A stretch of DNA of 10,271 bases from Candidatus Helarchaeota ASGARD archaeon Hel_GB_B (GCA_005191425.1 SUPR01000108.1:1-10271); one strand, 5' to 3'; numbered from the stretch's first letter, positions 1 through 7,915 are shown. The notes: a model not told the origin generated them from the sequence alone. Translations and numbers: made by a program.

Positions 1-2
1 GT

Positions 3-461
3 GAAAAGCTAAAACTAGGGGATTTGTTTGCTACTATAGTCCGTTCTTTAGATATTTTAGCTTGTCAGAAGAAAATTTCTCTCAGTTATGCACAAGACGC
101 TGAAAAAATAAATATTTTTGGAGACGAAGCTAAATTGGAAAAATTATTATTGAACAGGGTTCGGAATGCTATTAAATATACGGAAGAAAAAGGAAAAATT
201 TATTTATCTGCACGCAAGAAAAAGCAAGAAATAAAAATTTATATTAAAGACACGGGAATCGGAATTCCAAAAGAAGATTTGCCTTTTATTTTTGAGCGTT
301 TTTATAGAGTAGACAAGGCTCGTTCTCGGGGGGAGGGCGGAACTGGGCTCGGTCTTTCTATTTGTAAATGGATAGTTGAGGCGCATGGAGGAAAGATTGA
401 AGTTGAAAGTGAAGTGGGGAAAGGAACCACTTTTATTATTTCTTTGCCGATAAAAAAATAA
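3..461 (+). CDS. Two-component sensor histidine kinase, C-terminal HATPase_c domain (5'-partial; PhoR/WalK/CusS-like class)
   Basis: The frame is open from position 3 ([13 protein letters not shown]...), so the TTG at 24 is not the true start. Motifs seen: N box ([10 protein letters not shown]), G1 (IKDTGIGI), F box ([11 protein letters not shown]), G2 (GGTGLGLSI) and terminal GKGTTF. Stop is TAA at 459-461. Confidence 0.95.
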   Translation, partial: EKLKLGDLFATIVRSLDILACQKKISLSYAQDAEKINIFGDEAKLEKLLLNRVRNAIKYTEEKGKIYLSARKKKQEIKIYIKDTGIGIPKEDLPFIFERFYRVDKARSRGEGGTGLGLSICKWIVEAHGGKIEVESEVGKGTTFIISLPIKK

Positions 462-472
462 AATATTTTTAT

Positions 473-502
473 AAAAATCTATTTGGAGAAAAGTAGATTT
501 TT
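473..502. other. AT-rich 9-bp inverted repeat (possible weak terminator, or operator over the -35 region of the next promoter)
   Basis: AAAAATCTA (473-481) and TAGATTTTT (494-502) are exact reverse complements with a 12-nt spacer. The stem is AT-rich, so it may be chance. Confidence 0.25.
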
Positions 503-524
503 TGTTATAATTGTGGTATAATAA
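494..524 (+). promoter_or_regulatory. Sigma70-type extended -10 promoter for the 547 operon
   Basis: TG-G-TATAAT at 514-522 is a perfect TGnTATAAT. There is no consensus -35 (TAGATT at 494-499). The sequence is repeated before the second operon. Confidence 0.75.
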
Positions 525-546
525 TTTACATTTTAAAAATTTTTGA

Positions 547-3297
547 ATGAGTAAATACTTTAAAATTTTTTTTGTTTTTATTTTATCTCTTGTTTTTATT
601 TTACCCATTTTAATAAAAGCAGAAGTAAATTCTTCTCCAGACGCTATAGCTATTAGAGTTCTGCCCAATGCAGAACATTTTAATATTTTAAGATGGTATA
701 ATTCCGAAGGTTTTAAGGGCTCGCCCCAACTCATATTAATAGATGATTATGAAGCTATTCGTGATGGTCGTACTGTATATGTTAATGCGGCTAATATAGA
801 CAGTAATAATCTTTATACCAATATTTATCTTATTTCTTATAATCAAGATGCTGAAAGCGCGACTTTAGATATATTTGGAGAAATTTTATCTCATTGGAAA
901 TTTAATATTAATTTAACGGAAGTGGGGGTATGTTCTGAGGACTCTGAAAAAAAATGTTTTTATGATTATGAATGTGGTGATAAAAGACAGCATTGTTTAA
1001 GTGATAAAGCCGAAACGATTAGGGATGTAAAACGCTTAGGGGATTTGGTTGAGATAAAAATATTATTGGAAAATTTTTTAGAAAAGGAAGGACATTATCC
1101 GATTCTTCGGTCTGGAACATATTTACCTAATAAAACTTTGTCTGTTTGGCCAAGCTGGAAAAGCAATTTATTTTATAAATTAGGAGTGAAGCCTATTTAT
1201 GATCCTGTTAATAAACTGGGAGATTGTGGAGATGATCGTTTTAATTTTATTACTTGCTGGGATGAGAAAACAAAAGAATTTGCTGATGGGGATTTATCAA
1301 CTCCGGAATTGGATTTGCCTCCTGATAGTTATATCTATTTTTATTCCGCCGCTGAAGATGGTTCCTCTTATGAAGCGTGTTCTATTATGGAATCAGGTTA
1401 TGTTAGCGGAGTAGACGGTGGGGATTGTGCGAGCTCGGAACAGCTAGTTATACATAATGTGCGTAAAAATCATCAACCGGTATTTTTATCCTCTGAATTT
1501 CCTATTAGTAATCCTTTCTCCGCATATGAAGGATATATTAAAGCTTATGATCCGGATGGTGATAATTTTACCTGGACGATGAATTTAATATCTTCTTGGA
1601 ATGCTTGGTTGCCAGGCGACACAATCCATATGAGATCAGGTCCCGTTTCTCATTTAGAGGTGGAAAAAGGGGTTCAGCATAAAAAGTTTTATGCAGATAC
1701 TTGCGGAGACTTTGGTACTTATACTTTCTCTATTACTTTAGATGATGGGCGAGGTCTTGCAAATAGTTTAAATGCTAAAAATTTTTCAGTTTTAATTGAT
1801 AATACTCCTCCTCGGATATTGGTTCCGGGAATAAGGCATGTGGTTAGTTCAACAAATCCATTAATTTTTAATATTAAAATGATGGATGAAAAAATTGATT
1901 ATCCTTTAACTTATTCTTTTCCGACTTCTTTAATTGCTGGTTTAAATGTTACTAATTTTAATATGGATGAAATGGGGTCTTATTATAATTTAGGAGTGGA
2001 AGGGATTACAAGTTCCTCCGATTATCCTCTTATTGTGGGAGAAGTTCCTTATTCTCAGAGAGTAAGGGGGATAAATAAATATAATCGGGAGACAACAAGA
2101 GATTTTGAGATTATTTTAATTAATCATGCTCCGGAAATTTTATCTACAGAAAGCTGTTCTGGGTATGCGACTGTGGGAGAAGCTTATCCTCCCTGTAAAA
2201 TAGAGGCGAGGGATATAGACGGACATCAATTTTCTTTTTCTTTAAGTTCCGCTCCAGCTGGACTTATAATTGATTCAGGAACTGGTATTATTTCCGGAAC
2301 GCCAAGTGTATCTTTTAGTGAAATATGTGTTCAGGTTACGGATGAATATGGACAGGATAGCTTGATAGAATGTTTTAACGTAGAGCCTTGTCGTGAGCAG
2401 GTGGTTGATTTTACAATAAATACGATAGCTGACGGACTTATTTTTGATAATGATGCAAATTATGCCATGGCCAACGATGAAGCTCCCAATAATTATTTAA
2501 AATTATCTTCGAGTATGCCGACTCCTTACATCTGGCTTGCTGATGCTCGCAATAATGAGGTTATAAAAATGAGAACTTTTGATGGTCTTCAGAAAACAAG
2601 GAATTTTGATGGTGATGGTCTTATAAATACTGGAATTTCAGAGCTTGAAGGAAATTTTCTAGGAGCTTTTAAAGTTGGATTTTCTCCTTCCCGTACTGCT
2701 GTTAACGCGGGAACAGGAGATGTTTGGATAGCGAATAGAGGCTATCCCAATACTTTAGGGGATACTACAATTACCAAGCTCGATGTAGATGGAAATCATT
2801 TAAAAACTTGTGAAACACAAGGAGAAGGAGCAAGGCCTGTGGTTATAGATAGACATGGGGATGTTTGGGTTGGAAATTATGAAAGTAATAATTTAGTTAA
2901 AATTTCCGGTGATGATCTTAGTTGTAATCCTTTGGTAAATTTATCGGTTTTATCTCCTTATGGTGCCGCTATTGATGCTAATGATAATATTTGGATTGTT
3001 AATGGCTTAAATTGTTCGGTAACTAGAGTTAATACTGAGACTCTAGATACTAAAGTTTTTGACTTAAGAGCTCTTTCAAATTGTGGAACAACAAATTCTA
3101 CTAATAATTATATATATGCTGTCTATGGGATTACGGTTGATACTTATAATAATGTTTGGGTAGCTGATCTGAATACCGGAATTTATAAAATAAATACATT
3201 ATTGGAAAATGTTGAACATTTTAATTTTTCTTCTGTTTTGAATCCTCCCTATGGACGCTCAAGAGGGGTTTCCGTTGATTCTTCGGGAGGAATTTGA
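547..3297 (+). CDS. N-terminal part of giant surface protein: signal peptide, DAIAIRV domain, pilin/GspG-like domain, three cadherin/Ig-like repeats, incomplete NHL/Vgb-like beta-propeller
   Basis: Hydrophobic signal peptide ending ILIKA. RDVKRLGDLVEIKILLENFLEKEGHYP is a pilin-like helix motif. Repeats start NHQP (1468), NTPP (1801) and NHAP (2122), with DxDG and APAGLIIDSGTGIISGTP motifs. Propeller blades follow DxxG/NxVW. Confidence 0.8.
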   Translation: MSKYFKIFFVFILSLVFILPILIKAEVNSSPDAIAIRVLPNAEHFNILRWYNSEGFKGSPQLILIDDYEAIRDGRTVYVNAANIDSNNLYTNIYLISYNQDAESATLDIFGEILSHWKFNINLTEVGVCSEDSEKKCFYDYECGDKRQHCLSDKAETIRDVKRLGDLVEIKILLENFLEKEGHYPILRSGTYLPNKTLSVWPSWKSNLFYKLGVKPIYDPVNKLGDCGDDRFNFITCWDEKTKEFADGDLSTPELDLPPDSYIYFYSAAEDGSSYEACSIMESGYVSGVDGGDCASSEQLVIHNVRKNHQPVFLSSEFPISNPFSAYEGYIKAYDPDGDNFTWTMNLISSWNAWLPGDTIHMRSGPVSHLEVEKGVQHKKFYADTCGDFGTYTFSITLDDGRGLANSLNAKNFSVLIDNTPPRILVPGIRHVVSSTNPLIFNIKMMDEKIDYPLTYSFPTSLIAGLNVTNFNMDEMGSYYNLGVEGITSSSDYPLIVGEVPYSQRVRGINKYNRETTRDFEIILINHAPEILSTESCSGYATVGEAYPPCKIEARDIDGHQFSFSLSSAPAGLIIDSGTGIISGTPSVSFSEICVQVTDEYGQDSLIECFNVEPCREQVVDFTINTIADGLIFDNDANYAMANDEAPNNYLKLSSSMPTPYIWLADARNNEVIKMRTFDGLQKTRNFDGDGLINTGISELEGNFLGAFKVGFSPSRTAVNAGTGDVWIANRGYPNTLGDTTITKLDVDGNHLKTCETQGEGARPVVIDRHGDVWVGNYESNNLVKISGDDLSCNPLVNLSVLSPYGAAIDANDNIWIVNGLNCSVTRVNTETLDTKVFDLRALSNCGTTNSTNNYIYAVYGITVDTYNNVWVADLNTGIYKINTLLENVEHFNFSSVLNPPYGRSRGVSVDSSGGI

Positions 3298-3576
3298 ATT
3301 ACCTTTGACCTTAGCAATCAAGTAATTAATATTCCTAATTCAAACAATCCTTCAGTTTATAACGCTTATGGTAGTGGTCTCTTTAGTCCCAGCCCATCAT
3401 CTTATTTCGTTGGTATAGCTGGAGATTCTGAAGGAAAAACTTGGGCTATTAATAGAGGTAATTTTACGAATGGGGAGGACGGAGCAGCTGTTGTATATAA
3501 TAGTTTAGGTCCTACGGGACATTTTTATAATGCTAATTCTGACCGGGGGAACGAATATACCTATACTTATAGCGAT

Positions 3577-5586
3577 ATGACTGGGCTTAATAGGGCTATG
3601 ATTTTTAGAAGTGGTGTTTGGTATCATCAATATGATAGCGCTTATGACGGGCAGTATTGGGGGCACGTATCTTTTAAGAAAATTATTCCTGGAGAGAAAC
3701 AGCAAGTAGAGCTTCTTCTGCGTTCTGGTGATAGTGCTGATCTTAGTTCGGAGACATGGATTAATTCAGATACTTGGAATAATTTAAATTTTAAGGATTC
3801 AAGAAGAAGAGGTCGTTATCTTGATTTAAAAATAAAAATGAAATCTCAGGAAAGAGGAATTAGTCCAGTAATTTGGGATGTGCGTATTAGCTGTGATTCT
3901 CCTTTCTGTGGAGATGATATTCAGCAAGCTCCTAATGATGATGGATTTATGGAGCAGTGTGATGGATCTAGTAATGTTTCTAATGGAGATCCCTTAGGTT
4001 GTTTGGTAAATTGTGAATGTGCTTCAAAATATCCTTGGGATGGCTTTGAATGTCAGGCGCCCTGTGATGATTTTGACTTTGTAGAAGAAAATTCTTGGAC
4101 TGGCTCTTCGATTTTACCTAGTTATAATCAGGTTATGATGACTCCCATAGCTGCTGATCTTGATGGAGATGGAAATATTGAAATACTTTTCAATGCCTTT
4201 GAGGGAAGTCATTATAATGGTGGTGGTTATTTAAGGGTTATTAATGGGAGAGATGCTACGGATAAATTTATAGCTGAAGGAGGTAATCCTCTTTACGAAA
4301 TATTTCCAGGAAGTAATCTAGCAGTTGGGGATATTGATAGTACTAGCCCTGGACTTGAAATTTTAGCTATAGCTGCTCAAGATTATATTGATTCTGGTTC
4401 TCCTCCTCATTATCTTATAGCTTTTAATGCAAATGGGGATTTTAAATGGTTTGGGCATAATACAGCAGGAAAATATGCTATAGGAGGTGGTCTAGCAGGT
4501 AGCCGAGAAGTTAGCTTGGTAGATATGGATTTAGATGGAGATGTGGAAATAGTGGTAGGTAACTATGTTTTTGACCATAACGGTAATTTTTTATGGGAAG
4601 CGGATTCAGCTGTTTTTGGATCTGCTCAAATTAATGCAATCGCGGATTTAAACGGGGATAATTATCCGGAAGTTGTTAGTCCTTCGGGTGCTTATCATTT
4701 TAATCCAACATTAGGAAGTTATGAATCATATTATACAATTCTCCCTGGTAATCCAGGATATGTCACTGTCGGATATATGGCAGTAGCTAATATTTTTGAT
4801 GATGATCCATATCCAGAAATAATATCAGTATCCTATAATCAAGTAAGAATTTTAAGTCATGAAGGGGATTTAGAGGATTATGCTTTCATTCCTTTTGTGA
4901 CGGGCTCTGCAGATCCTGACTGTGTTGCTGTAAATACTACTTGGCCACCCTCTAGTCCAATCACTGCAAATAAATATACTTGCCATAACCGTGGGGGAGG
5001 ACCTTCTACTGTAGCTGATTTTGATGGTGATGGTTTTCCGGAAATAGGAGTGGCTGCTGCTGATTATTATATTGTTTATGATATTGTTGGCAATAAATTA
5101 GAAGAACTTTGGAAAGTTCGCAATCATGATTATTCTTCGGCCATGACCGGATCATCCGTTTTTGATTTTAATGGTGATGGTCGAGCAGAAGTACTTTATG
5201 CGGATGAAAGTAATTTTATGATATTGAGAGGTTCGGACGGTACAGTTTTAAACATAATACCAAATTGTTCAGCGACTTTGTGGGAAAATCCGATTATAGT
5301 TGATATTGATAATGATGATATGGCGGAAGTTATTATTGCCGCTAATAATTATGGGAATTGTGGGGGCACATTTCCTACTGGGACATCTCCCTATACAGGA
5401 ATTAGAATTTTTGGAAGTGCGAATATAGATTGTATTTGGGAGGATGCTCGAGAGATATGGAATCAACATTCATATAATATAGTGAATATAAATACTGACG
5501 GTACTATTCCTTCTCCTATGGAAAGGAATTGGGAATATCCTCTCGGAAATCCTTATAATAATTATCGTCAGAATATCGCTGATTAA
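3577..5586 (+). CDS. C-terminal part of giant surface protein: beta-sandwich, Cys-rich (Myxococcus-type) repeat, FG-GAP/VCBS beta-propeller
   Basis: CGDDIQQAPNDDGFMEQCDG, then multiple FG-GAP-like loops (ADLDGDGNIEI, VDMDLDGDVEI, ADLNGDNYPEV, ADFDGDGFPEI, FDFNGDGRAEV, VDIDNDDMAEV) and WNQHSYNIVNINTDGTIP. There is no signal peptide or RBS, so this is probably not an independent gene. Confidence 0.75.
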   Translation: MTGLNRAMIFRSGVWYHQYDSAYDGQYWGHVSFKKIIPGEKQQVELLLRSGDSADLSSETWINSDTWNNLNFKDSRRRGRYLDLKIKMKSQERGISPVIWDVRISCDSPFCGDDIQQAPNDDGFMEQCDGSSNVSNGDPLGCLVNCECASKYPWDGFECQAPCDDFDFVEENSWTGSSILPSYNQVMMTPIAADLDGDGNIEILFNAFEGSHYNGGGYLRVINGRDATDKFIAEGGNPLYEIFPGSNLAVGDIDSTSPGLEILAIAAQDYIDSGSPPHYLIAFNANGDFKWFGHNTAGKYAIGGGLAGSREVSLVDMDLDGDVEIVVGNYVFDHNGNFLWEADSAVFGSAQINAIADLNGDNYPEVVSPSGAYHFNPTLGSYESYYTILPGNPGYVTVGYMAVANIFDDDPYPEIISVSYNQVRILSHEGDLEDYAFIPFVTGSADPDCVAVNTTWPPSSPITANKYTCHNRGGGPSTVADFDGDGFPEIGVAAADYYIVYDIVGNKLEELWKVRNHDYSSAMTGSSVFDFNGDGRAEVLYADESNFMILRGSDGTVLNIIPNCSATLWENPIIVDIDNDDMAEVIIAANNYGNCGGTFPTGTSPYTGIRIFGSANIDCIWEDAREIWNQHSYNIVNINTDGTIPSPMERNWEYPLGNPYNNYRQNIAD

Positions 5587-5590
5587 AAAA

Positions 5591-6463
5591 ATGGAAAATC
5601 AAGATAATCTACAAAAAAAGAATATTAAAGTAAAAATATTTTTATTATTAATATTGTTTTTATTTATAATTCTATTTATTTTGTTTCTTTATTTTTGGAT
5701 GCAGAATCTTAAAAATAAAGAAGATCTTAATTTGGGTGGAAATAATTTAGTAGAAACATCTTTTGAAAAAGAAGAAAAAATAAAAAATAATTCTTCAAAA
5801 TCGCCCTATAGTTCGGAGTATATTAAAACTAAAGAAGCTTTAGCTGAGAAAAATATTGAGAAATGTAGAGAATTAGAAGATGAACATAAAATTTCCAATT
5901 GTATTTATTCTTTAGCTACGCAGTATAAAGACAAAGAACTTTGTTTTCAGATAGAGGATTCTCAACTTCAGGAAAAATGTCAGGAATTTTTTCTTTATCT
6001 TCAGGTGCTTGAAGATAAAAATGCTGAGGAATGTTTAAAACTTCAGTTTAATAATTTTAAAGAGGCTTGTTTAAATACTATTTTTCAGGAGAAAAATAAT
6101 ATTTCCTATTGTGCAAATTTTTCCGATTTGGTCCGAGATAAATGTGAAAATATGTATTATAAACAGAAGGCTATTAAGGAAAAAGATAGCGCTGTTTGTT
6201 CTCAGATAAATGATGAGGGGAAAATGGAATCTTGTTATCATGTTTTGGAAAACACCATAGCTGATTCGGACGGAGATGGCTTAAGCGATACGATGGAGCG
6301 TTCTTATGGACTTAATCCGCATGATAGTGATACAGATAGCGATGGCTTAGATGATAGCAGTGAATTTAATTATAAAAGTGATCCTAAAAACCCCGATACG
6401 GACGGAGATGGCTATTTAGACGGTGCAGAAGTGGAGGCTGGCTTTAGCCCGATAGGAGAGTAA
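5591..6463 (+). CDS. Membrane-anchored protein with five Cys-pair repeats and C-terminal DxDxDG calcium-binding (bacterial thrombospondin type 3-like) repeats
   Basis: One N-terminal TM helix follows a Lys-rich start. C-x11-C occurs 4 times and C-x10-C once (5864-6235). DSDGDGLSD, DTDSDGLDD and DTDGDGYLDG lie in 6263-6460. The gene starts 4 nt after the upstream stop. Confidence 0.8.
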   Translation: MENQDNLQKKNIKVKIFLLLILFLFIILFILFLYFWMQNLKNKEDLNLGGNNLVETSFEKEEKIKNNSSKSPYSSEYIKTKEALAEKNIEKCRELEDEHKISNCIYSLATQYKDKELCFQIEDSQLQEKCQEFFLYLQVLEDKNAEECLKLQFNNFKEACLNTIFQEKNNISYCANFSDLVRDKCENMYYKQKAIKEKDSAVCSQINDEGKMESCYHVLENTIADSDGDGLSDTMERSYGLNPHDSDTDSDGLDDSSEFNYKSDPKNPDTDGDGYLDGAEVEAGFSPIGE

Positions 6464-6501
6464 TTTTTTAAGGTTTAGCGTTTATGATAATTTATATAAA
6501 A

Positions 6502-6533
6502 TAGATTTTTTTATTATAATTGTGGTATAATAA
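6502..6533 (+). promoter_or_regulatory. Sigma70-type extended -10 promoter for the 6669-9390 operon, near-identical to the one at 494-524
   Basis: TG-G-TATAAT at 6523-6531. TTATAATTGTGGTATAATAA (6514-6533) is identical to 505-524. Confidence 0.75.
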
Positions 6534-6545
6534 ATTTAAAGTTTA

Positions 6546-6630
6546 AAGAGACTAAGTCACTACGATTTTCATTGCTCAAAATTATATTTTAATATTTATT
6601 TGTTTTAAAATCGTAGTGACTTAGTCTCTT
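6546..6630. repeat. Perfect 24-bp inverted repeat with 37-nt spacer (REP/REPIN-like, MITE-like or leader RNA hairpin)
   Basis: AAGAGACTAAGTCACTACGATTTT (6546-6569) is the exact reverse complement of AAAATCGTAGTGACTTAGTCTCTT (6607-6630). Confidence 0.9.
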
Positions 6631-6668
6631 GGTTTCCCATCCGATTTTTTAATTTTGATTTTCCCAAT

Positions 6669-7067
6669 ATGTCCCCCAAAAACGCCATCCTAATTCTAAT
6701 CATCATGGCCTGTATATCATTTGGCACGCTTTTTTATTTGGTGAAGGATAGGAAGCTGGTTAATAGAGTTCAAGATGATGAGACGATGATGGTAGAGATG
6801 GAAAAAGATATAGGAACAGAGCTAAGCGAAGAACAAAAAAAAGACTTAGAATTAAAAAATTATATCAATAATTTAAAACAAAGTGATATTAAAGAATATG
6901 ATAGAGTATTACCCGAAACTACTCAAAAAATAGTTGATTTGATTAATGAACGAAGTGATGAAAAAAGAGCTTTAATGACTGAGAAAGAGAAACAAGCAGA
7001 AAAAGAAAGAATAGATGAGATTAAAAAAAGAGTAGATATGATTAATGCAGAAATGGAAAAAGAATAA
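6669..7067 (+). CDS. Hypothetical single-pass membrane protein with a highly charged, probably helical/coiled-coil C-terminal region
   Basis: 132-aa ORF with N-terminal TM (AILILIIMACISFGTLFYLV) and an E/K-rich remainder; no family recognised. Confidence 0.7.
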   Translation: MSPKNAILILIIMACISFGTLFYLVKDRKLVNRVQDDETMMVEMEKDIGTELSEEQKKDLELKNYINNLKQSDIKEYDRVLPETTQKIVDLINERSDEKRALMTEKEKQAEKERIDEIKKRVDMINAEMEKE

Positions 7068-7093
7068 TTTTAAATATAAATTAAATTTAAAAT

Positions 7094-7915
7094 ATGCAAA
7101 TTAAAAAACATTTTAAACTAGCTACTTATCTAGCTATCACTGTATTTCTTACTTTAGGATTATCTATTTCTTTCCAGTCTCTTTTAGCCTCTTGGCAAGC
7201 ACCAGGGTCAGCTCCGCCTTCAAGCACTATTTCAGCACCAATAAATGAGGGGGTTAATTTGCAAGCAAAATATGGACATCTATTACTGGATGGTAATGCT
7301 TCTCTAAATTCACCCGTTCTTCAATTGACTAATAAGCATGCCAGTGAAAATTCTTTTTTAGTGGAAGATGAAGCAGGCGATACAAGTCCTTTTGTAATTG
7401 ATAAAGATGGGAATGTTGGGATTGGAAAAACTGTTCCAGTGGCAAAACTGGATTTAGCTGGTAATTTAAATATGAATTTAAATGAAATTAGAAGTGTGTC
7501 AACTATAACTCTGTATGCTCTTCCTGATGATTGGATGAGATTATATACTATAGATGGTAATAACTCTCATATCGAGTGGGGAGATAACGCAGATGATAAA
7601 TTAGTCTTTTCGTTTAATTATTGGGATCCTGCACATCCTGAGCTTGATAAAGATGCATTAACACTAATAGCTAATGGAAATGTGGAAATTAGTAATGGTA
7701 ACCTAATGCTTTCGGATAGTTGGATTTCTAATGATGGAGAAAATAAAGGCATTAGAATTGATGATGATGGCAATGTGGGGATTGGGACGGATAATCCAAC
7801 GCAAAAGCTAGAAGTCGTTGGCGGACTTATAAAAGCGACCGGTGGGCTTATTATAGAAACAAGAGCTACTGATCCAGACACTCCAGTTAATGGCCAGATT
7901 TGGCTTATTAATTGA
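7094..7915 (+). CDS. Secreted or anchored fibre-like protein with GNVGIG repeats (Parcubacteria-type surface protein)
   Basis: N-terminal hydrophobic segment, then SWQAPGSAPP...APINEG...QAKYG. GNVGIG occurs at 7409-7426 and 7769-7786, with a GNVEIS variant at 7676. The C-terminus is GGLIIETRATDPDTPVNGQIWL. Confidence 0.75.
   Translation: MQIKKHFKLATYLAITVFLTLGLSISFQSLLASWQAPGSAPPSSTISAPINEGVNLQAKYGHLLLDGNASLNSPVLQLTNKHASENSFLVEDEAGDTSPFVIDKDGNVGIGKTVPVAKLDLAGNLNMNLNEIRSVSTITLYALPDDWMRLYTIDGNNSHIEWGDNADDKLVFSFNYWDPAHPELDKDALTLIANGNVEISNGNLMLSDSWISNDGENKGIRIDDDGNVGIGTDNPTQKLEVVGGLIKATGGLIIETRATDPDTPVNGQIWLIN

Larger units (their letters stand above)
547..5586 (+). pseudogene. Giant secreted multidomain adhesin-like gene (1679 codons) interrupted by one in-frame TGA at codon 917 (3295-3297); nonsense allele, sequence error or readthrough
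   Basis: ORFs 547-3297 and 3577-5586 share a frame. I translated 3298-3576 and it is stop-free (ITFDLSNQVIN...IAGDSEGKTWAINRG...EYTYTYSD). The TGA falls at the Trp of a propeller repeat, and the ATG at 3577 lies inside the YTYSDMTG motif. Confidence 0.85.

Noticed and set aside
204-734. Minus-strand 176-aa ORF
   Set aside because: Antisense shadow overlapping the kinase, promoter and giant gene; no recognisable motif.
3577-3579. ATG 3577 as a genuine independent start
   Set aside because: It lies within the YTYSDMTG motif, with no RBS or signal peptide and an open same-frame region upstream.
547-5586. Genome-wide TGA recoding (code 4 Trp or code 25 Gly) or selenocysteine
   Set aside because: Only one internal TGA against about 29 TGG in this gene. 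Long ORFs stay open under code 11, and TGA ends the 7094 gene right after its terminal motif. The position requires Trp, not Gly or Cys/Sec.
6546-6630. CRISPR repeat, DGR hairpin or classical intrinsic terminator
   Set aside because: It is one inverted pair, not a direct-repeat array. No reverse transcriptase or adenine-mismatched TR/VR pair is in the window. The loop is 37 nt and no U-tract follows directly.
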